Shown here one piece after another: positions 40,281 through 53,929 of a stretch of DNA of 64,000 bases. Every line of letters begins with the position of its first letter. The first letter of the stretch is position 1. The DNA comes from Octopus vulgaris. Lineage: Eukaryota. A program made the translations under genes and the position numbers. The notes under the pieces were generated by a model. That model ran no database searches and was not told where the DNA came from. It saw only the letters and a list, made by a program, of their open reading frames with translations. The stretch lies in assembly GCA_951406725.2 (NCBI GenBank), contig OX597819.1:111352001-111416000 (forward strand), in the 5' to 3' direction.

Positions 40281-41825
40281 ACTCCAACATTATGTTGCGT
40301 TTCGGGAAATGTCATTATACTAAGAATGGACTGGGTCTGTTTAACTTTTATTATTATTATTACTTGTGTCTTACTTATTGTCTGATTAATCGTTTGGTCA
40401 TTTAATCCATCTGCTAGCTTTGTTAAGTCCTTTCGTCGCCATCCACGGCCTCATCAGTGACATACCATCTCTAATTCCAAGTCTGCTCCAGACAGACCAA
40501 AAGCAAAACTGGAGCAGAGAGGGCATGTTGATGATGAATGAGGTCGCAAATGGTAAAGAGTGTGCTTTGGCCAACCTAACTAACTGAGTGACCGAACGAC
40601 TGATCAACCAGATGATGAATTGACTGGTTAAATGTTAACGAATAGACAAAGACTAAAGGAAGTGAAATAAAACCAATGCATGTATTTATTATTGACATAA
40701 TAACCCTCTCGAGATGCACTAAAATCTGCTACAGTTCACAAGTTCACAGCAAGAACCTTGAAAACCTAATACATAAACAAAATTTACATAATTGGTCTTG
40801 ATTCTAACCGATATAAGTCTTCAGATTTAATTCTCGAAATCCATATTATAAGGCACAAAAAGAAAATGACTCTCCCCAGACACAACACCATCATCAATTT
40901 TCCTGAGAAAGTGGGTGCTAATCGTTTCTTTTATCTTCCAAATATTTGTTATCCGCACCAACGATTATAATCCCGAAATTTTATCATAAGATATATATAA
41001 TATATTTATACTTTTTCTTTTAAATACCACTTTTCTAATATCATTTTGAAATGACAGAACAATAGTTAACTCTACCATCGTGTGTTAAACAAACTGCTTT
41101 GATTATTTCCACAATACAATTGACGTAATGCATAATTTATCTATATACAAATGTCTAATTATCTATGTAATTATGTATGTGCTTTTTAGTGCTTTATTAG
41201 TGCATAATTAGACATATGCTCTTTAATTGATGCTCATTAATTATCTGCTGTTCGGACAGAAACCAGTATTATGCTAGTTACGAGTGAACCTTAATACATA
41301 ACTGTCTCAGATCAAGGTCCAAGGCCAATAATTTTGAGGGAAGAGTTTTAGTCTATGTCGACAACGTCGCTCCCCATTTTTTGAGAGATGTTATATTTTA
41401 TAGATCCTAAAAGGACATTGATCTCTCGGCTGTTTGAACTCAGATTGTAGAGTCGGAACAAGTACCTCGAGAAAAATCTATCCAACATTTTGACGATTCA
41501 ACCAATTCGCAATCAAAAACAAATTATATAATTACAGATAGAAAAGTAAATTAGTCCTGCACGATAACATAGTACTTTAGGGGTATATTTAGTACTTTAT
41601 TAGTACTTAGTTATCATATGCTCCAAAAGGTGCTTATTTGTTAGCAACTATAAAGGCACTTAAATTAATTAGCGAAAGCATTATATATACTATCATGGTA
41701 TACTTATTTATAAGTGACAGATGTGGATCTTTATATGTATATACATATAGATATATGCGTGCACGCGGGCGTATGTATTAAGTGCGTATATATGTATGTG
41801 TGTGTACATATATATATATATATAT

Positions 41826-41988
41826 GGAACAAAAACGCAACAGAGGACTATAAAAACATTCGGAAAGATAGACGATACAAAGGCAGACAAGAGAAACAAC
41901 AATCAGACGGACAGGCAAAAAGAGACGGGTCATCCGAAGCTTTCTTTCTTCAGTCAAGTACCAGACGTCACAACCATTTCGGGCAGTT
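41826..41988 (-). mobile_element. Family Z unit (partial)
   Basis: Homologous to 62328-62480; (TA)n flanks. Confidence 0.65.
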
Positions 41989-42056
41989 ATATATACATGA
42001 ATACACCCATACCCACGCCCACTCGCACACACATACACACAGACATACATATATAT

Positions 42057-42457
42057 GGATTTCAGACCAAAGACTGTGGCTACGCTGGAGCATCACCAGT
42101 ATCATCACATTTTCAATGGTCATTCTAAAACCGCCGGCTTTTGGTGACTGTTGCAGTTTGAAGTTGCTGCCCTCGACTTAGTTTCTAGTCGTGATGTGGG
42201 TTTATCTGACATCTTAGGCAACAGAAGATCAAGGTGTTTCTTGAAAGCAACTACCCAAATTCCACCCCATGCAGCTCTGTCAAGCTTTTGGTAAGATATC
42301 ATATCGCTGCATGCCTTAGAATCCCAAGCTATTTCAGTAACATGGTCTCCTCTCTAGACAGGATTAGTGGGAGTTTTGGAATAGTACAGGGGCACTCTTT
42401 TCGGAGACTGGTATAACTCCTCGATGCCAAAGTTAGGTGTCAACCCCTTCAGGATCA
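42057..42457 (-). mobile_element. CR1/L2-like LINE 3' end, older copy
   Basis: ILKGLTPNFGIE..FKKHLDLLLPKMSDKPTSR..RAATSN; same tail as 37476-37990. Confidence 0.7.
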
Positions 42458-42514
<57 letters not shown>

Positions 42515-42914
42515 AACACAAGTACACCTAATCGTGCACACGTATTCAAACCTACTAACATATACATAACCTGACTGCATAGAAACACTACTAATGTATA
42601 GATATATTTATAAGACTGTACATGTTACATTAATACACAAGCTTATAAGCCTATATACAAGCTGCTGTCATGCTAGAAAGAGCAGCAAAATTTCCTTCCA
42701 ATCTCATTTACACCTTAGAGTAAAGTCGAAAGTTCAGCAGTACGGTCACAGACTGAGGGTCTTTCGTTCGTCACAGGTATTTTCGATTAGGGCTGACGTG
42801 GGGCTAAACCTCAACACGTACACAAATATATTTAAAGCACAAGGACATATACGCATATCATAATGTAAACATCCGCGTATATGTGTGTATATATATATAT
42901 ATATGTATATATAG

Positions 42915-43303
42915 TCTTTTACTTGTTTCAGTCATTTGACTGCGGCTTTAGTCGGGGAAATCGACCCCAGGACTTATTCTTTGTAAGCCTAGTACTTATT
43001 CTATCGGTCTCTTTTGTCGAACCGATAAGTTACGGGGAGGTAAACACACCAGCATCGGTTGTCAAGCGATGTCGGGGGGGGGGGGGGGCAAACACAGACA
43101 TACAAACACAGACACACAAATATATATATATACATATATATACGGGCTTATTTCAGTTTCCGTCTTCCAAATCCACTCACAAGGCTTTGGGCGGCCCGAG
43201 GCTATAGTAGAAGACACTTGCCCAAGGTTCCACGCAGTGGGACTAAACCCGGAATCATGTGGTTTCTAAGCAAGCTATATGCCACACAGCCACTCCTGCG
43301 CCT
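42915..43303 (-). mobile_element. SINE family A
   Basis: Reverse-complement homology to 2513-2978. Confidence 0.9.
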
Positions 43304-43709
43304 TTGTATGTATGTATGTATGTATGTATGTATTTATGTATGCATGTATGTATATATGTATGTATGTATGTGTGTGTGTGAATGTGTGTGTATGTATGAA
43401 TGTGTGTATGTATTATTATCTGCATCTCGTATACATACACTTTTGCCATAAAAACTCACGTACATACAGGGAGAATGCATACATACTTACATATACATAC
43501 ACACATATTTTCATACATATATACGTTGATGCAAACATACACTCATACAATCTTAGACTCACACACATACATATTTCTACACAGAGAACGATGTGTACAT
43601 ATGTGCACACACACACACACGCATGTATATATATGCTCACACTTATAAATGTATGTGTATATATATATGTTATATATATATATTATGTATGTGTGTATAT
43701 TTATATATC

Positions 43710-43767
<58 letters not shown>

Positions 43768-43824
43768 TGTATGTACATATACACACATACATATATATGC
43801 CTGTATATGTGTGTGTGTCTGTGC

Positions 43825-43920
<96 letters not shown>

Positions 43921-43929
43921 GCATATATA

Positions 43930-45440
43930 CACTGCGTGTCAAGTTATTAGGCACCTCTGTTTTTTCGAAAAAAAATAGTATTTATTCGTTCGGATCCAGA
44001 TATCTTTTCACTGAATGATGGCAACATCTGCCTGCACATACTGTAGTAAAATAACTTGGATCTACGCAGATGTAAACAAACAGCAGCCATTTTCGTGAAA
44101 CAGCAACGATTTTACCGTCCTAAATTATTACGGTAAGTGCCCAATAAAAGTGTGATTATGGGCCAAAAACTATCGTCTTAGAGCTTGGAAAGCAAAAACG
44201 ACCTTGGAAATACCAAAGGTCCTAGGAAGAGATAATCGACTTGTGATGAACTTTGTTTCCAGGCGCACCCTGTCACGTATAACGGAGGAAGTTTCGAAGA
44301 ATACGTGTCTGACTAGTCGAGAAGTATTTAAACGTTGTAGTAGGGACGGCATTTCGAAATCTACCAGGTGTCGTCTCTTGAAGCAGGTAGCCAAGAACGT
44401 AAAGCCCGTTACAAGGCTTCTTCTGAAGGCTATTCATAAACAAAATAGAGTCAAATGGGCAGAAGACTACATTAAGACAGATTTTTCAAAAGTCCTCTTT
44501 ACTGACGAATGCCGTGCTTCCCTAGACGGACCAGATGGGTGGAGTAACGGATGGATTGCAATTAGCGGAAATCGTCCTCATCGTTTGAGACGCCGACAAA
44601 GGTGAGGCGGTGTCATGATTTGGGCTGGCGTTTTTGGGGACAAGCTGGTTGATCCTTAGAAAGTTCCATACGGAATTAAGATGATAGCTAATGCCTATGT
44701 TGCCTTTTTGGAGGACAATTTTAAGCCATGGTTGAAGAAGCAGAAAGTTTCATTAAAGAGAACGATGGAATTCATGCAAGATAATGCGCCCTCCGATGCA
44801 GCTAAGAAACCCCTGGACTACCTACAGTAATTACACTTCTTTGGTCACTGTTTGGTGAAGTGGCCGGCGTGTTTAACCGACTTAAACCCGATTGAAAATC
44901 TATGGAGTGTTCAACAGAGGAAGATATATCAAGATGGACGGCAGTTTTCAGCGAAAGATGCGCTCTGGGAAGATGCTGCTGGCAATATTACATCAGAGGA
45001 AATAGTTACCTTGACAAATTCAAAGAATAAACGCGATAGGGACGTTATCTCATGTGGAGGATCATACATCCATCATTAAGAACTTTACGACGTATTATTT
45101 GTTGCATTATTTCCATTCAGATATATTATTATTATGTTCATTATAAAGTCCTTTATGATTACATTTATTGTTAAAATCTAAGTGTCGCCTTAAATAAATG
45201 TTTGTTTTTGCATAATTAGCATTTTAATTAGCCCTACCTAATAATTTAGGACAGTAAAAATGATGCCTATTAACAAAACTGGCCGTTGTTTCTTTACATA
45301 TGGATGAATCAGATTTCTTTTGGTACAATACAAGCAGAGGGGTGTTATTATCATGCAGTGAGAAAATATCTGGATTCGAACGAATAAATTCTCTGTTATT
45401 GTGGAAAAACCTGAGCTGCCTAATAATTTGACACGCAGTG
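43930..45440 (+). mobile_element. Tc1-like transposon with ~200-bp TIRs
   Basis: TA|CACTGCGTGTCAAGTTATTAGGCA ... TGCCTAATAATTTGACACGCAGTG|TA; both TIRs present. Confidence 0.93.
44158..45079 (+). pseudogene. Tc1 DDE transposase pseudogene
   Basis: VLFTDECR..DGPDG, FMQDNAPS, WPACLTDLNPIENLW; in-frame stops and a truncated N-terminus. Confidence 0.92.
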
Positions 45441-46288
45441 TATATGTACGCATGTATGTATGTATGTATGCATGTATGAATGTATGTATGTATGTGTGCA
45501 TGTGCGTGCGTCTGTGTGTGTGTGTGTATACAGCAACAACAACGAAAGCGTAAAGAGACACCAACAACTACCACCCTTAATGTATGGTAAATTTCCTTTA
45601 TATCGTATCCAACCATCTTAGGAAATGATAATATGGTTCTGGGGTCCGCAGCTGATAGGAAAAAATACAAGATGGCCACGGCTGAAATATATTTGATTAT
45701 ATATCTGCTCGATCAGAACTAACTTACGACTAAACAACAACAACAACAGCAACAACATAACAATGACTACAAGAGCAATCACAGTATCGGTATTAAAAAT
45801 AAAGACCTAATGAGTTTTGAATCAGCCATATCAAAAATCAAAAGCCGTACAAAAGTAAGACAAGCGTTTAAAGACATCATATGACAATTGCACATCCTAT
45901 ATCACCCCGCTTCGTTCAACAACACGCCACTAACCCTGCCGGTACAATACCATTATATTTTGCTCGCTCTGCTCCGCCCTGTGTAATATCGATTTCGTCA
46001 ACTGAACTATTGTTTATCATTGAACTGAAATGATCTGTTTCCGATCGATGTGCTCACCTCACCAGGTGCTACAGTTTGGTATGCTGTGCACTAATTACAT
46101 AATTATACCTATGTGTGCATGGGGTTGGAAGGTAGTGTGGGCTGTCTAATTGCGTGCGTATATAGGTACATATATAAACGTATATATTCATTTGTAGTTG
46201 AATAGTCATATATAAATATATATATATACATATATATAAGGATACATATATATATTTATACATGCATATGTATATGTATATGTGTATA

Positions 46289-46324
<36 letters not shown>

Positions 46325-46408
46325 TGTATGTATGTATGTATGTATGTGTGTATGTATGTATGTATGCATGCATGCATGCATGTACACACACACACACACA
46401 CACACTCA

Positions 46409-46441
<33 letters not shown>

Positions 46442-47599
46442 ACACAACTGTCCTGCAATTTTTTTCAATCTTCGCCACTGACCATTAATGTCCGATATCT
46501 CACCTTCACACCATTCAACCGTATATAATTACTTCATTACTATAAATGACTCTCCACCATTATATTTCCTGCCACCTTCCAGAGCCATCTTTATAGCTTA
46601 GTATTTCTTTTGTTATCTTCTTATTGTGTTGCTATCGTTGTTCATGCTGACCTTGTTGTTGTTGTTGTTGTTGTTGTAATTATGATGGTGGTTCAGGTGT
46701 GGGGCGGGTCTTGGTGATAGTTGCTCGTTTGTTTTTCGTTTGATAGTTTTCCTTTCCTTAGTTCTTTACGGTTGTTGTTTTTAATGATGATGATGACGAC
46801 GACGACGACGACGATGATGATGATGATGATGATCATCATCATCATCATCCTGATGTTAATAATGATGGTAGTGATGATGATAATGATGATGATGATGATG
46901 ATGATGATGAAAGTAACGATGTTGATATTGTTGATAATGTCGATGATACCGACGACGATAACGATAGTAATGACGATGATGTTGCTGTAGTTGTTGTCGT
47001 TAAGCAACAAGACGGGTAAGGGTGATTAGGTGATGGTCTAGGGCTTAGTGGCGGGAGACCCCAGACCTTGGAAAAAAAAAATTTTGGTCGTCTTGTTGTA
47101 GCTGAGGGCTCTTCGTTGACGCCCGACACCACTGGGGAGTGGTCCTCGAAGTCGCTAGAAATGGAGATCTCCAAGTCCAAATTCTTGAACGGTTGCCGCT
47201 GCTGTTAGTGATGATTACGAGGAGAAAGTGGCTTTTTGTGGCAGTTTTTACTATGTTACCGTTGTTATGGTTATTTTCACTCTTTATATGTGTTTTTGCT
47301 AATGTTTTTTTTTGTAAATTCATCGCTACTTCTTACCTCCTTTTAAATCTCATTGCAAGATTATTCCTTCGTAAATCGATACATGACCAGTATATGTCTT
47401 TAAAAGGATTTCTTTTCTCGATAAAGAAAACCCATAGCTTCTGGTTTCGTCCTCGTTGCCTTAACCACCAACCACAACGATTGGGGGATTGCCACCCTCT
47501 GAAATGTTGCCAAGTTCTTCTTATTTAAAATCTAAAAGCATCTCCCGGCTTCTGGTGGGAATGTGCCTTCCGTGGCCAAAAGACAAAAGCATTCTCGAC

Positions 47600-48423
47600 T
47601 GTCAGATATTGTGAAAAAAGTTGAGATTGCCAATAATTAAAGCCATAGCGCACGAAAGATATCAAGTACAAATCCTGTTATGAGAAGAGAGCAGTTAGAA
47701 CGCAGGAGAAGAGGCGAAGCGCTTGCTGAACAAATTTAAACATTCCGAGAAACCTAGTATGCTCAGGTTCTTCTCATTTGAGAACATTGTTCAAGTTTAG
47801 AATGCAAACAAAAAGAATGACAGAAGGGTCTGCACCAGCCCTGCTGAAGCCCCCACTGTTATACACACGAAGTTCCCATCGTTTATTATAATCTTGCAGA
47901 TCATGAGCAATGAAGTTCGCGTCATATCTCCTCAGTTTCTTCCCGCGAAGATCTATGCAGCAGGCCACATCCAGATACTAGAGAGAGTTGACTCTAATGT
48001 CTTGATGGAGGTTGTATATGTTCCAGCAAGTCTTTGCTTTCTCTCACACAGCCTACACAACTCAGGAGTGGGTAGCCAAAAAAATTTCAAGATCATTCTT
48101 CTCCTGATTTAATCCCCTTCGAGTATAATGTGTAGGGCGTTGTTTAGAGATCAAAAAACATGCTCTGAGTTCCAAGGACGCGTCGATGTCTTATATAGGG
48201 AACGTTAAGGCCAGCATGAATAAAGATCAAAGCATTTAGTCATTTCAGAAACTGTATCGAGGCAATAAACGGGCTGGTGGTGGTTTTATTAAATAACCTT
48301 ATGCTATGAGGAAGTAGCAATATGTGTACCAAATTCTTTAATACAATTTTGGTTTCTCTAACAAATATTTTCTTATTGTTCTTTTTAACTTAAAGCTTTG
48401 TTATCAAATTACTGACGCACCCT
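47600..48423 (+). pseudogene. Decayed maT/DD37D-like Tc1/mariner transposase
   Basis: HTKFPS..IMSNE..YMFQQ..SHTAYTTQEWV..SSPDLIPFEYNV*GVV; terminal AAATTACTGACGCACCCT; left boundary approximate. Confidence 0.65.
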
Positions 48424-48469
48424 TCATAGTAGCTATAACCCAAACAGTTTAAAACATTTTACTACTATC

Positions 48470-48665
48470 TGTATGCAAAATGTTTAGTGCATCAGACAAA
48501 TTGCTTAGCGGTTTTCTTACAGCTTATTACATTCTGATTTCAAATCTCGCCTAGGTCATCTTTGCCTTTCATCTTTCCGGGGCCGATAAAATAAAGTACT
48601 GGCGACGACGTAATCAACTAATCCTCTGTTCCTCAAATTACTTCTCTTGTACCAAAGTTTAAAGC
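48470..48665 (+). mobile_element. Meta-SINE-like family B, degraded
   Basis: CTTTGCCTTTCATCTTTCCGGGGCCGATAAAATAAAGTAC. Confidence 0.65.
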
Positions 48666-48683
48666 GTTATATACAAGTATGCG

Positions 48684-48764
<81 letters not shown>

Positions 48765-48810
48765 GTCTGTCTGTCTGTCTATCTGCCTGTCTGTCTGTCT
48801 GTCTGTCTAT

Positions 48811-48960
48811 CCATTTGCTAAGATGATCTGTAACTTGACTGAGGAAAGAAAACTCCGAATGACTCGTCCTTTTTTCTTTTCCTTTTTTGTATCATCTAAC
48901 TGTCTGGATGTTTTGTTATCGCCTGTTGTGTTCTTGTGCCATTTTTTTAGTCTTTTATAT
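48811..48960 (+). mobile_element. Family Z unit (partial) in (TCTA)n
   Basis: ACTTGACTGAGGAAAGAAAACTCCGAATGACTCGTCC matches the reverse complement of ~62420-62460. Confidence 0.65.
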
Positions 48961-48976
48961 AATCTATCTATCTGTT

Positions 48977-49046
<70 letters not shown>

Positions 49047-49713
49047 CACACACATATGCATATGTGTGTGTATGTGTGTATGTGTGTATGCATGTATATA
49101 TATGTATGCATATACGTATGTATGTAAGCGAGGGATTTACAGATGCATGTACAGGTATGTATGAATATGTACCTGTCTTTGTGCATGTGTGGGTATATCT
49201 GTGCGCGCGCGCATGCGAAGGAAGTGGCTTATGCATGCACTCAATACAATCCAGCACCAACAGAGACAAGAGCAACAAATCGTTCTCTATCATCCCCACA
49301 TGCTGAAGCCAGCCCGCTTACCATTTCCCCTATCACTTTTTGCTCCTCTTTTCCCCTTCTCCTCGCTTCCTTGTCTATCAGTTGCCCCTACCATATCATG
49401 TAATCCCATTAAGGAGAAATGTGAACCCATACGTAGAGTACGTTGAAAACGTGACCGGCTGACATGTGTACAAACATGACGGCCTTTGTTTATAAACATA
49501 TGTATAACTGTAAATACGAGTGGCCATTGCTGATGGTGGTGATGGCCTGCTGTTAATGGTAGCAAGGTGATGGTGGTATTTGTTGTTGTTGTTGTTGTGA
49601 TGGTGGTGGTGGTGCTGATGGTAGCGGCTGTGGGGATGGCAGTTCTCTTCTCACTCTTCACCACATCAACTGTCAATACAGATTCCATGTGTGTATGTAT
49701 GCAAGTAATATAT

Positions 49714-49759
<46 letters not shown>

Positions 49760-49931
49760 CTAATGTAGGATAAAATTCTTTTCGGGAAAGAAATTTTATC
49801 AATGGCCAGCATATCAAATAATACCTTTAAAGGTAAAATTTTTTGTTTCGAGACGCATAAATTAAAATGGTTATTGACAATTTTTGTCTTTTTTTCGGCA
49901 TAGTTGGCATTAGAATTTTTCTTTTGCCCTT

Positions 49932-49987
<56 letters not shown>

Positions 49988-50851
49988 TATACATGTATGC
50001 ATGCTTTCACACATGCATACATGTATGTATATACGCATACATACACACATGCGTACATACATGCATATATATATGCGTATACACATATAGATATGTATGC
50101 ACATAAATATATGTATTTATGTGTATGTGCGTGTATATATATATATATATGCGTGTATGAGTGTGTATATATGTATGTACATATTTGTGTGCATGTATGC
50201 GTATATTGCTCCATGTCAAACTACCCCAGGTCTAGTAACAAGACCTAGTCAAGTGATGATGCCAAATAATTCCAACTTTTTTCGTTTCAAATTGATCTAA
50301 AGTACACTTTTCGATATTACTTTAGCAGTAAGGGGCTAGATTATAACATCACCCTTAGTGGACAATGACACATAGTGATCATGAGGGACTTGCAGTGCCT
50401 GCAGGGCCTACGGCGTAGGTTCAGCAGCATAAGCCCACACATTCGAGGAAGACATCTGCTTCAGAGTATATCAAATCGTTCACTTGATTATCCGATTTGA
50501 ACAGATTTACTCTCACTTTATTTCAAACCAAGATCTAAAATCATCTTTAAAAATTATTGTCATTATCACAGCAACGTTCATTGTTTAACGCATGTTATTT
50601 AACTGTTTATTCACAAACACTTAGGAACAAATGCAAATTTTACATATCTATCATTAAATATAGTGTTATATGTAGTGGACTGTTTTTTTTTTTTAATAAT
50701 TTGAGAAAATATGTTTCGTTAATGCTAAGAGGAATTCGCATTAAAACAATAGCTCTATGAATTACTCTGAGAAATCTTATGTGTGTCCGGATAACTTGAA
50801 ATGCTAACAGATATTGTAATTAAGAATGCTAAGGCGGAGTGGCGACATATC

Positions 50852-50893
<42 letters not shown>

Positions 50894-51450
50894 GAGTGAG
50901 AGAGCAGTTCATGCCATCAAAGTGACACTGGGGTAAAATATACGAAGCCCAATATACCCATCATGACTACCCGTCTGATAAGGGTACACCAGGCACATGC
51001 ATCACAACCATATGTGCGCGACATGGTGATCTCATGTCAAGATAAACAGCGCATAACCTTGCAGGTGGGGCCCAGTTAGAATTTTCTTCAGGTTGAGTAG
51101 CCCATCCCGCTCAAAAGGTCCCTGAATAAGGGTTGTTTAAGGATGTTGAATGAACCACCCATGTTTCCAGTGGCGAATTATTCAAACCCCAAAGAATCCC
51201 TCTCAACACATGGCTATGATGCTCCCCCACTACTTCTGCTCGTGATCAGAGATGCACATATCGTCAGCCACTAAGGGACATGCTCAACTGGTTAAGGTCA
51301 AACAACTGACAAGCAAATCTGTGGTATTGAGCAGAATATTTGCTGTAGCCCATCTTTTATACCAAGACAAAACAATGTACATGATAACACTTCCAATCAG
51401 TTAAGATCAGAAGCCATGAGAGCCACTGCCTGGTACTGCATCAGGGCATT
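50894..51450 (-). mobile_element. ~550-bp non-coding (TAA)n-associated element, copy 2
   Basis: (TTA)n on both sides; homologous to 7850-8390. Confidence 0.85.
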
Positions 51451-51454
51451 TTTA

Positions 51455-51491
<37 letters not shown>

Positions 51492-51501
51492 GTTGTTATT
51501 A

Positions 51502-51631
<130 letters not shown>

Positions 51632-51646
51632 GCTATTATTATTATT

Positions 51647-52005
51647 GAGTGAGAAAACAGCGCATTCCATGAAAGTGACACTGGGGTACAAATATAGGAA
51701 GCCCTGGTTGGGTGGCCAATCCCGCTCAAAACGCCCCTGAATAGGGGTTGTTTAAGGACGTTGAGCGAAACACCCACGTTTCTAGAGGTGATTTATTCAA
51801 ACCTCAATGAATTCCTCTCAACGCATGGCTGTAGTGCTCTCCCAATACTTGTGCATTTGATCAAAGATGCACAGATCGTCAGCTACGAAGGGACATGCTC
51901 AACTAGTTAAAGTCAAACAACTGACAAGTAAATGTGTGGTATGGAGCAGAATATACACTTCCAGTCAATTAAGATCGAAAGCCATGACAAAAATTGCCTG
52001 GCACT
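51647..52005 (-). mobile_element. (TAA)n-associated element, copy 3 (older, internally deleted)
   Basis: Same termini; two internal deletions. Confidence 0.75.
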
Positions 52006-52091
52006 TTATTATCCTCATCATCATCATCCTCATCATCATCATCCTCATCATCATCACCAGCACCACCACCACCACCATCATCATCATCATT

Positions 52092-52905
52092 ATTTTATTG
52101 TCTTTGCATAGCTTCTAACGCTGGAGATGTACTACGGTGCCAGCTGTTCACTACCAGTGAAGTAAGGTAACGGTTCTTATTTTCCGAGTGCCAGCCGAAA
52201 TCTTCGAGTGGTTCCAAGCAGTGCTGTTTTCTGCAAGTGCTCCACCCTTATTGTAGCCCCTATTTGTTCCATGTACTTCTCAAGATTTTTACCCTTTTTA
52301 GCGACCACAACTGCTTAACCTCCCAAGCTAACCTATCATATCTATCGACTTTCTTTCTTCTTTATCGCATACCTTATTGTCAGCTGGGCATGCTATATCT
52401 ATGTTCCAGCATGGTTTGCTTTCTTTCTCAATAAACACTATGTCTGGTTTCCTATTCTCTATCTCAAGGTCGCACTAAATCATAAAATCCCATAGGATCT
52501 TTGCATTATCGTTTTCGATGATGCCTTCGGGTTTATGTTCGTACTACTTGTTTGCTCTGTCAAATCCATACTTGTTGCAATGGACAATCCTTGCTATGTT
52601 GGTATGACATCTCTCATATTCTTTCTGGGCTAGTGGCGTACATTGACTGGTAATATGTCAAACCATTTCACTGTTTTGTCCACAAGTTCTGCACTTATCA
52701 CTTTCTGCTGTGTTGTCTATTCTGTATTTGATGTAATTAGTTCTTAATGCTTGCTCTTGGGCAGCACAGATTAGAGTCTCCGTTTCCGGTTTTAAATCAC
52801 TTTTAGTCATCCACAGCCATCTTTTTTCTCTGTTTGTCTTATCTTCAACATCTCTATGAAATTATCCATGCATTCTTTTCTTTATCCACCTATTTTCAGT
52901 TACAT
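52092..52905 (-). pseudogene. R4/Dong-clade 3' fragment (zinc knuckle plus RLE plus 3'UTR)
   Basis: LKPETETLICAAQEQALRTNY..DKCRTCGQNSE..HITSQC..AKILWDF..RKPDIV..IDIACP..LQKTALLGT. Confidence 0.88.
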
Positions 52906-52908
52906 TCA

Positions 52909-52978
<70 letters not shown>

Positions 52979-52992
52979 GTTGTTGTTGTTGT

Positions 52993-53278
52993 TATCTTCA
53001 TTGGCTCTTATGCAGTAAATTCCAATATGAGGTATCAGAGAGCTGGTGTGAGCATGTAGCAAGTAAAGTTATGCAGGAAGATAGAAAAGTAACGATACTC
53101 TTGGAGTATGATTTCCAGACGGATCGTGTAATGGAACAGCGTCGGCTGGATATTGTCATATTGAATAAGAGAGACAAATACTGTCAGATCATTGATGTAG
53201 CCATACCAAATGGCATGAATGTTGTGAGTAAAGAGGTTGAAAAATTCACCAAGTACTCCGAATTGAAAGTGGAAATAT
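52993..53278 (+). pseudogene. R4/Dong-clade RLE fragment
   Basis: LHWLLCSK..WCEH..FQTDRVMEQRRLDIVILNK..CQIIDVAIP..KEVEKFTKYSELKVEI. Confidence 0.85.
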
Positions 53279-53447
53279 ATATATGGAAATATATACTTAC
53301 GTATATATACTTACGTACACAATATATATGTGGAAATTAAATGTATCGCTCAAGGACACTGAGCACCGTTCGATCTGAAAACCAAAACCGCAATGTGAAG
53401 ATCGTGACTGCATTTAGACCACACTCCTTCACACATGCATACATACA

Positions 53448-53481
<34 letters not shown>

Positions 53482-53505
53482 CATGCATACATACATAATG
53501 CATGC

Positions 53506-53650
53506 ATGATCGCTAAATCCACAAATTTTTTTATTCTCCCTGTTTGTTTTCTCTTATTCCTTTCTGCTGAAGAGCATAGGCTCGAAATGTAAAAGACTTC
53601 TTCACTTTCCCGAGTGACAAACTAATACACCTGCTTGTTGTTCATACACC
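53506..53650 (+). mobile_element. HHR unit family H2, third copy (HHR-like motif 53560-53595, core CUGCUGA)
   Basis: Colinear with 3318-3460; CUUU-CUGCUGA-A-GAGC auag GCUC-GAAA-UG-U-A-AAAG. Confidence 0.65.
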
Positions 53651-53654
53651 AACT

Positions 53655-53816
53655 GCGTAAATAGCATAATATGCGAAAAGAAACGAGTTAAGTATGCAAA
53701 CAACAAAAGAAAAACGGAAACAGGACAAGTAAACACAGAGAACGACCCTTCACCAATTGTCGACTGTCTATCTACATACATACATACATACATACATACA
53801 TACATACATACATACA

Positions 53817-53848
<32 letters not shown>

Positions 53849-53870
53849 CATACATACATATACATACATC

Positions 53871-53929
<59 letters not shown>

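Noticed and set aside
50385-50436. Small three-way-junction-like GC-rich fold
   Set aside because: Matches no ribozyme or tRNA consensus I recognise; single copy in the window
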